From positions 186,001 to 250,000 of the forward strand of contig NW_002060954.1 of assembly GCF_000150275.1 (NCBI RefSeq): a stretch of DNA of 64,000 nt. The letters run 5' to 3'. This document shows, piece after piece, positions 45,799 through 64,000 of the stretch. The notes under the pieces were generated by a model. The model searched no databases, had not been told where the DNA came from, and saw only the letters and a program-made list of their open reading frames with translations. Each line of letters starts with the position of its first letter. Position 1 is the stretch's first letter. This DNA is from Trichoplax adhaerens. Lineage: Eukaryota > Animalia > Placozoa. The position numbers and the translations under genes are program-made.

Positions 45799-47289
45799 AA
45801 GTGAAGCTCTCACCCATATGATACCGAAATATTTCGATATTCCTCTTCTTTAATTTAATTTTAAAGTAATTTGGTTATCCCGTAGAAATTCCATTATTCT
45901 ACATCTAAGCTGTTTTATTTGACTGTAAGTATATCATAATACGAAATCACTTTGTAATCCTCAATTACAATACAATTGATGCTTGAATATACGCATAGTT
46001 ATACCAAATTGGCTCCAACTGATATTCGATTCATAAATACCGTACAATTTCTCTCTTATCAGATATTACTGGTTCTAAAATTTTATATTTTGTTTCATAA
46101 CATTCGCCAAGAACTCAAATCATTAATATTTACAGTTATAGTCAAGTGAATCTTCGTATTTAATAAGGACATACAAATTAATACAATACACTGTACCGCC
46201 TGTATGTATATCTCACACCGAAGGCATATACCATTAACTTCGTTGCTACAGCGGATATTATAAATACTTCACTATCAAGACTTAAGAAAAGGCATTAAAA
46301 TAACGTGCATTTACTACTGTACTGCTTATCATGTCAGTATTTCATAATATAGTTTGTAAATAAAATAAATAAATAAATATGAAAAATATATAATCACGCT
46401 GTTCAGTATATGATAGTAAATTTTATACAGTACACTACGTTTGGTTACTCCCGTACGGCACTGGTTTACGCGTATACTGTACTTCATGGACTTTGTGTTA
46501 AAAAAGTATCAGGTATTTCTAATGGTCGAATTAAAGCTAATCCGGATGATTGAGATTCTACCTGGAAATCGCAGTGTGGAAATTAGATTGCACCGCAAGC
46601 AGTACTTTTTAATTCGCAGAGTTACGTACTGATACGTGTGAATTGAAAAAGTGCACCACCCATCAACTCCTAGCAACGTATTAATATACCGTTAATTTGC
46701 ATGATTAAACGTTTAAAATTCTCAAAATTTATCAGTTTAGTATGGATCACAACAGGCAGCTGTATTTTGTAGAAGGCTAGACTAGACAGTTACGAAACTG
46801 TTAATGATATATCAACAAGGCAAAAATGAAATCCATCAAATTATTGCAAAAATATTGAATAAATGAATCTGCACTTATAAAGTAATCACGCTCAAAATTT
46901 CACGATGGACTATCTACTGCAGAGTTCATTCTATTCAAAGCTGCATTGAAGGTTTGTTGTTCATCACATATGTACTTACATTCATAACAGCAGCTTCGTT
47001 CGGTATGTTTATTAATTAACTTTTGTTATTGTTATGAGTATAGTTATGAGTCTGATACCATAGTAATGATAATGTTGTTTGGTATGTGATACTGTTAAAG
47101 GAAATACATAATAACTATGTGTAGGATCAAGCTGGCATATTTACTGATTATATTAAATATCTGTTTAACATATTTGAGTACATTGAACTCTACGTATATA
47201 ACTTGTGTTATTCGAATAATAATCGTTCTCTATATTTTTACTCTCTGCTCTCAGTTTTCCAGTGACTCTCGTTTTTCTCTGATTTGCTC

Positions 47290-47995
47290 AGACTATACTG
47301 TACTGTAGATGTCTGATCGCTACCTTTCTAATCTCTATGACAATAAATTCCTCTTAATATTATTTTTTTTAAGTCTTTGAGCAATGAGCATGCGCAAAGT
47401 ATAGTACAGTACTCCAAAAAACTTTTAAACCTTTACAGTACAGTACAGTACAGTACTGTACTGTACACCGTAGAACTTTATGGCTTCTTTGTGGAGATAC
47501 TGTACAGTACAGTACAGTACAGTGCAGTACTGTACAGTACAGTACATTGAGCACAGTACAGTACTGTACTGGGGGTTTCTCTTTCATTTAGTGGTTCCAT
47601 ACTGTACAGTACAGTACAGTACAGTAGAACCTATGACTTTTACAATACTGTACTGTACGTACTGTACTACAGTACTGTATGTTACATTCCTCAAATTTGG
47701 TGAGTTTCATTTACAGTACCCCATAAAAAATCGAAAAGCCCTTGGACTGCACTACAGAAATAACACTGTAATGTACTCAATAAACCTTGTAAACCAAGGC
47801 AGTTCTATTACTGTACAGTACAGTACAGTGCAGTACAGTACATTGCTCGCCAAACAAAATTTGTGCAGTATCGCACTACTGTACTGTAGACCTCCAGTAC
47901 ATACTGTACAGTATACTGCACTGTACTGTGTACACTAGGACTGTGAACTACTGTAATATCTGTTAATGCACAGCGTACAGTATACAGTATAATAA
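47290..47995. repeat. TA(CAG/CTG)TA pentamer cluster immediately upstream of the rabphilin ATG
   Basis: e.g. 47435-47470, 47498-47570, 47599-47680. Confidence 0.9.
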
Positions 47996-48080
47996 AGTAA
48001 AGTAAAATATAAAATTGAAATAAAATAAAATAAAATAAATTGGCATAGTGCTTCCTCGCACATTAAAAACAAAACAAAGC

Positions 48081-53288
<5,208 letters not shown>

Positions 53289-55683
53289 ATCACCAATTTA
53301 GGAACGCATTTGGTTAGCTTGACATCATAAGTAACATTTGAAGGGGCTACTTGCTATCAATTCTTCTCTGAACAAATCACAGAAAAATTATATTACCAAT
53401 GTCGACCTAAGCCATGTATCTATTATCCTTATTTATTTTATTTTGTTTGTAGCTAATCATTGTAATTTCCTACAATTTCCTATTTCCTTTTGTGCAATGC
53501 AAAAAATTATAAATGTATGAGAATAGTTCCGGTCATAACATTCTCTTACTAATAATAAGCGTAAATCTGAACGACTGTTTATATAAATCTAACTTTGACC
53601 TTAAATTGCTACCTCGGTCGACCTTGTACCCAGTTGTTTAGGTGATAGTGTAAAATCTGAATAGTATTGATATTGTATATTATACTACATTATTATATCT
53701 GTAACTTATATGTATATTTATTTATCAACATGTACTACTAATACAGAAGGATTAAGACCGAAATGGGATGACTTCGTATTAACTAAAACTAAAGTATACT
53801 GCCTTCTTTACCATCGATAAACTAGCTACGACATCAGCACTATCCCTGGTAAAAATCAGTCTCATTAATTAATCAATAGTTAAGAATCTTGCTACTAGCC
53901 TGTTAGCCTTTACCTTCTATACTGAATTTATGTGAAAATAGATCAAGTTATATTGCTTCCAATATTTAAGGCACTGATTAGACACGAATAGCACCCTTTT
54001 AAGTGTAATTATTCAACGGTCAAAAAGTTATGAATCGCCGTAGTCGATCTTGTGGTTTCTAATTAAATTATTACAGGTACATGCAGATGCATGATAAAAT
54101 TTGTTTAATTTAGTACAGTATATCAGTATTCGTAGGTAAGCACCGACAAGGAGTTATCCCTCATGTATTTATCGTTATTGGTTCATTCCACGAAGTACTC
54201 GTAATACAGTACGAGGTTTGTTTCCTTAATAAGGTTATGGACAGATGATAGCCATTAGATTACATATCTACTGCAATGAGTCAAGCTAAAGTCCAAACTT
54301 TCATTTAACGGAAAAGAATATGAAAATGTTAATACTACTAAACATATGCGATCACCCACAGTAAACCTTTTATATCTGGCTTATGCTACTAAATGTATAC
54401 ATAAGCGTTTAAATTAGCTATTTGTAAGCCGAATTGATAAATAAATGTTACGGCATTGCTATACATACTAATATTAGTGTGTGCTATTACCTAACGAATC
54501 ATTCAAAAATTATCTACTTCGATTGCAGTCAAGAGAACCGATTAAAAATTAATTAAAATCTTTTTTTTGATTTTGTTATATAACCTACTAACAACGCTAC
54601 CAAACTAAAATAATTTTATAAGTGATCTCGGAACCAGAACCTACTAAGCAAACAATGCATTCAATTTAATAATCAAATATTCACTATAGCAAGTAAAAAC
54701 ATCATTTCCCGATATATATTCATATACGTAAAAGTATCATTACTGCCTTAAAGATTTCAGATTATGTCAAAGCTGCACTAATACCGAGAATTTACAGTAC
54801 TGTAGAACCTTAAAAAAGTAAAGTTTTATTTCAATGTTTAAAATTTAACGGAATATCCTATTTGGTAAGTACAGAATTATAATTGAACGTGAATACAAAC
54901 GCAGTCAATTTGTTCTAGTGCTGTGTGAAATGTTACTGAAGCCTAACACGGCATGGTTCTATCATATCGAGTGATAAAATTCAACAACATCTTTAATAAA
55001 ACAATTCTTCAATTACTAATGCAACTTAGTCAATAAAACAATAAATTGGCCGTCAAATTTATCATATTTTACTATTTTTTTAAATGCTAATCTAATGAGC
55101 AAGCTTCAATCTCCATTAATAATTATAATTAACAAAATAAGAAGAACACATGTCTTATACTACCAAGGATGCATAAGTAAAATAAGTACAAGGCAGAGTT
55201 TGCAATGTATTTCTAATCAAATAAAGTGGAAAGTAACCAGATTTCGATTACCTTCTCCTATAGTACAATGAATGCGTTGTAAATACGTGAATATTGTTTT
55301 ACAACCGTTTCTAGCGCAGTGATAAAATTGTGGTGCTATCTTTTTTAACGTCGTTAATGTGACTGTAATGATAACAGGATGAAAGGTGAATTCGAAATTG
55401 TTATCAAAACTGCGAATTTTAGCTATTGAGTTATCATCACTAAGGTAAGAATCTATTTATCGAGTTAAACGTAGCTTTTAAGAATCCATCAACATTATTA
55501 CCTTTGTGAATTGGTTAGAGTAAGATTAAATTATTATTTAGTCTAAATTCACATCAGGAATAATTTTAGTCGTATAATACTAGTAGTCCTTGTCTGTCAA
55601 TTTCCTTGTGATAGCGACATCGCTGAAAGGTGAATATTGCAAACAGTAAAGAATAAAAGCTTAAAATTGTTAATATTTGTTTA

Positions 55684-56802
55684 TTATTCTACCATACTTT
55701 TAACAGATTTCCGTTTTCGACGCCGTTCTTCTATTTCTTTCCTCACGCGTATTTCAACTTCTCGACGAATTCGTTCCTCCACTTCTCTACGAATTGCCTC
55801 TTCATCGATATCACTTATGTCATCGCTTGAATCAATACTACATGAATTGGTGCTATCTTGGTCTGCTTCATACGTCATTTCATATTCATTCTGGAGATTT
55901 TCTATGCCTCTATCTCCACTGTTGTTATAGGATTTCTCAGTATCTGCTAACTCGTGAGTTGGCCTCTCATACATTAGATCTTCCGCTACTTCTGCATTAT
56001 TATCTCCTTCTACATTAGTAGATACATTAGCATCGCTTGCAGCAGTATCATCCAAAAATTGAATATCTTGATTCATTTCCATAACGGAAGTCACATCTTT
56101 ACCGTTGCATTCATCTTCATTCTCATTGTTCTGTCCAGGCGAAGATTTAACAGATCTTTGTTCATCAGTATCACTAGGAATCTCGGGTTCGACAGCATGC
56201 TTTTCTATTACTTTATCCTTTTTAGCTACTACTTTCTCGTCATCAGCGATATCTTGCATCGGATCTGTTAACTGCACTTCAAGTATCTCGCTTTTATCGA
56301 CAATGTGCCAATCATCTCGATCATCGCTGTTTTCAACATCTTCCGTCTGTGTACGTGAGCTTTGTAGATTGCCCGAATCCAAATCGGCATCTCCTTGCTG
56401 GAGTGAAACATTAGTTTTATCAAGCTTATTATTTTCTCGTTGTCCATCTGAAAGTTCATTTTCCGACGTAGACAGGCCTTTAATAGCTTCTGTTGCAGGC
56501 TTCGTGTCTTCCACTGTCTTCCCGTCTCTCGGCGCATCTGCTTCTCCAGTATCTTTGACACTCCGATTAGCCGCCGTATCAAGATCCTCACAAAATTTTC
56601 TTAAATCAATGTCTTGTTTCTCCATAATAACAACAGAATTTTCGCTTTTACTAGCAATATTAGACCCATTTTGATTCGTCTTGTTAGTGTACAGTTTTCC
56701 AATCAATGCTTCTAATTTCTTTATACGTGTTTCGTTAGCTAATATTGTTAGTTTTAAAACTTTGACTTGTTCCTTGGCTAATGCCTTTAAACCATTTGTT
56801 TC
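55684..56802 (-). CDS. Putative alternative terminal exon of coronin: coiled coil + ~300 aa acidic low-complexity region + ER/K-rich helix
   Basis: 1119-nt open frame starting at a phase-0 TAG acceptor (56803). It begins ETNGLKALAKEQVKVLKLTILANETRIKKLE, which resembles the short coronin last exon. It may splice on to a further small exon at ~55622. Confidence 0.7.
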   Translation of the reverse strand, partial: ETNGLKALAKEQVKVLKLTILANETRIKKLEALIGKLYTNKTNQNGSNIASKSENSVVIMEKQDIDLRKFCEDLDTAANRSVKDTGEADAPRDGKTVEDTKPATEAIKGLSTSENELSDGQRENNKLDKTNVSLQQGDADLDSGNLQSSRTQTEDVENSDDRDDWHIVDKSEILEVQLTDPMQDIADDEKVVAKKDKVIEKHAVEPEIPSDTDEQRSVKSSPGQNNENEDECNGKDVTSVMEMNQDIQFLDDTAASDANVSTNVEGDNNAEVAEDLMYERPTHELADTEKSYNNSGDRGIENLQNEYEMTYEADQDSTNSCSIDSSDDISDIDEEAIRREVEERIRREVEIRVRKEIEERRRKRKSVKSMVE

Positions 56803-57559
56803 CTAACGTTAGACGAAAACAATCAGGTACATACTTCAGACAATCCAATTATACTACCGTGAAGTTTAGATTCTTATTGGAAACTACCAGTATTATTTAA
56901 CAATTTTAATTCGAAGTTCGAAACTAAGTTACAAAATAGTATAAATTTCATACATAGGTCAGGGCCATACAGTATATCGTGGAGGTGTAATGAATTGTTA
57001 GCACATTTTCTGTACTACCTAATGCTCAAATAATTTGCAGTTATGTGTTGTAAAACATGCAGCAAAATAAATGCGAGATCATGTGTCGACACTGCTAAGT
57101 TAGATGTAACTTAAAGCAAACGGTAATTAATGCACGCAATTCCCTATCACTGGGACCATGATACGCTTGTTTCACATCGAAATCTCCTTCACCTCCCGAA
57201 GTAAGAATTTATTAAAAAAGTAGAAATCGTATTTCGTAATCAAAAGTACATCAATTTGTAGGTTCAGATCAATTCGAATATCGAGAATCAGAATCGTATA
57301 TATTCAGTCTACAGTCAACATTAGTTTCACGAACGGATCATATATCAGCAAATAAAAACTTATTGAGCCTCTCTTAAAAAGATAGGGAATCATATAGTAT
57401 AAATGCTGCTATTTTAAGTAACTGATAACGAAGTGTATTTATAATAGCAGTTTAGAGACGTTCGTTATTTCTGATTTAATTAGTTAAAAGGTTTGTATTT
57501 GATGGGTATTACTAAGTAAGGATAAGTATGGAATCTCCAAATAGAATCAATACAACAGA

Positions 57560-62227
<4,668 letters not shown>

Positions 62228-64000
62228 AATAGTACTATAAAATGACGGAAACATTTAATACATACTGTACAGTATAATACACTTTACCTAATAAAAGTAT
62301 TACACCAATTAGTAGCACAGTACTGTACCGTACTGTGCGCAAAACGTAGCCTCCGAAAACACCGTACCGTACTGTGGTTAGTACTGTACGTAGCACTGAC
62401 CACACAATTTCTGTATACTGTACAGTACACTACTGGACTGTTTTGTAATTCCGTTCAGTACCACTGTATAAAATGTACAGTACTGTACAGTACACTACAG
62501 CTACCAGCTAGGTAGCAGAAGAACGTTTTTTTTAAGGCCTCATCAAAAAATTTAAAATTTATCCTTTTAGTATGGTACTTCAACATTATCAATATCATTA
62601 TAATTAACATTTTTTTAGTTAATTTGGAGTTAATCCCAACATTTGAAGGTCCATTAATCAAAGCTAGCAATGCGAGTACTGATTATACGACATACTGTAT
62701 TTTCTGATAGAAATATTATATTTATATTTACTGAACTAACCTCGCAACGATCCCAACGACTAGGTAAATGACGCGAACGTGGTTTAGAAAGAAAGTGATC
62801 TGGATTCTATGGACAAAGCTCACATGACAGTACAGAATTACACTGGTACTGTAAATAATGAAGCACGTACTGTACTGTACTGTACCGTACTGTACAAACC
62901 TTGACGTCACAGGTCACGGAAAGCTTATAGTACTGTACAGTACAGTGTCCAGTACTGTACTGTACTGTACTATACTGTACAGTACTGTACTGTACTGTAC
63001 GTGTACAGTACAGTATCACTCTTGAACTCTTTTCCTTACTCTACAGTACAGTACAGTACAGTACTGTAATTAAAATGCATTGTTTACTACAGTACTGTAT
63101 GTACAGTATACTGTACAGTACTGTACAGTACTGTACTTTATTTAAGAGTACGGTGCGGTACGGTACAGCTATGGACTATTAAAAAAAATTTTACTATTGA
63201 GCGTCCATGCCGTCCATTTTATAGAGGTTTATTACTATGACAAACCTATTTGGTGACTACATACTGTACTGTACAGTGCGTTATGACACATACGTACAAT
63301 ACTGTACAGTACTGTAGTCATAGTGTCTGTAACTCTACAGTACTGTACACTCAAGTGTACAGTACAGTATGTGCGAGTATAACAGAATCACAGTTTTACT
63401 GTACCTTTCACAGACTTTACTGTTAATTTTTTATTTACTAGGCTAAGATTCTCCAATGAGCTCGAATAACTAACTACATCAAGTATCAATTTGAGGCTTA
63501 CTAGGAATTAAGAGTAAATTTAAACACTAATTTGTAGATTTCAAAATACATTTGTCTTTTTGACCCAAAATGTTTGAAAAAAATCTGAACGATTTGGTTC
63601 GAGGCATCAGAGCTAATAAAAGTAATGAGGTACGGATTATCGAAAGCTTGTTGTGTTCAGTAATGTTATAATCTTTATATGCATATTACATGCCGCACTA
63701 AAATTGCATGTATACGAAATGATGAAAAGAGCGATCTGTGATTCTATGTACGATGTAACATGATACAACAAACACTATTTTAAAACTCCGAACTAATTTT
63801 TACATTTTAGGCAAAATATATTGCTCAATGCATTGAAGAAATCAAGCATGAACTACGACAAGATAATACCAACGTCAAAGCAAATGCAATTTGCAAGCTG
63901 ATTTATGTAAGTGCGCTGTAGTAGTATACGTTAGGGTTACATCGGTCTCTAAATTGCAGTATGCACTGTACATATGTACATTGTACAGTAGCAATAGTAC

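Noticed and set aside
47480-47938. ORFs rich in YSTVQ/TVLYC (also 5237-5913, 23663-24960, 43298-43669, 61216-61714, 62728-63019)
   Set aside because: These are translations of the pentamer arrays, which lack stops in most frames; there are no protein motifs or splice support.
55794-56674. Overlapping plus-strand ORFs, including a 189-aa Ser-rich one
   Set aside because: These are antisense shadows of the acidic coronin exon B.
63420-63660. Possible transposon relic or start of a divergent gene beyond coronin
   Set aside because: No termini, ORF or homology that I can support from this window alone.

Overview
AT-rich, intron-dense animal genomic DNA with compact genes, many ~70-150 nt introns and short intergenic spacers. 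The style and gene content suggest a placozoan such as Trichoplax; this is inferred, not verified. Ten protein-coding genes are recognisable: LIN54(-), VDAC(+), cGMP-dependent protein kinase(+), paladin(-), COX6A(-), RBM19(+), SLC12A9(-), PPTC7(+), rabphilin(+) and coronin(-). The main non-coding signal is dense clusters of interleaved TA-CAG-TA / TA-CTG-TA units at essentially every gene 5' end, with no comparable cluster between converging 3' ends. These units match the 5-bp excision footprint of Tc1/mariner (Sleeping Beauty-type) transposons. Two local duplications differ by CTGTA units placed exactly after a TA, which suggests promoters are being written over by accumulated transposon footprints. 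Other observations: a duplicated alternative coiled-coil terminal exon in coronin, a candidate U12 intron in SLC12A9, a GC-AG intron in PKG, frequent AAG acceptors, a degenerate C2A Ca2+ site and a 21-nt microexon in rabphilin, a family of mini-palindromes, and an apparent boundary between two ancient linkage blocks at about 23-26 kb. Exon boundaries were read by eye, and linker exons are less certain.
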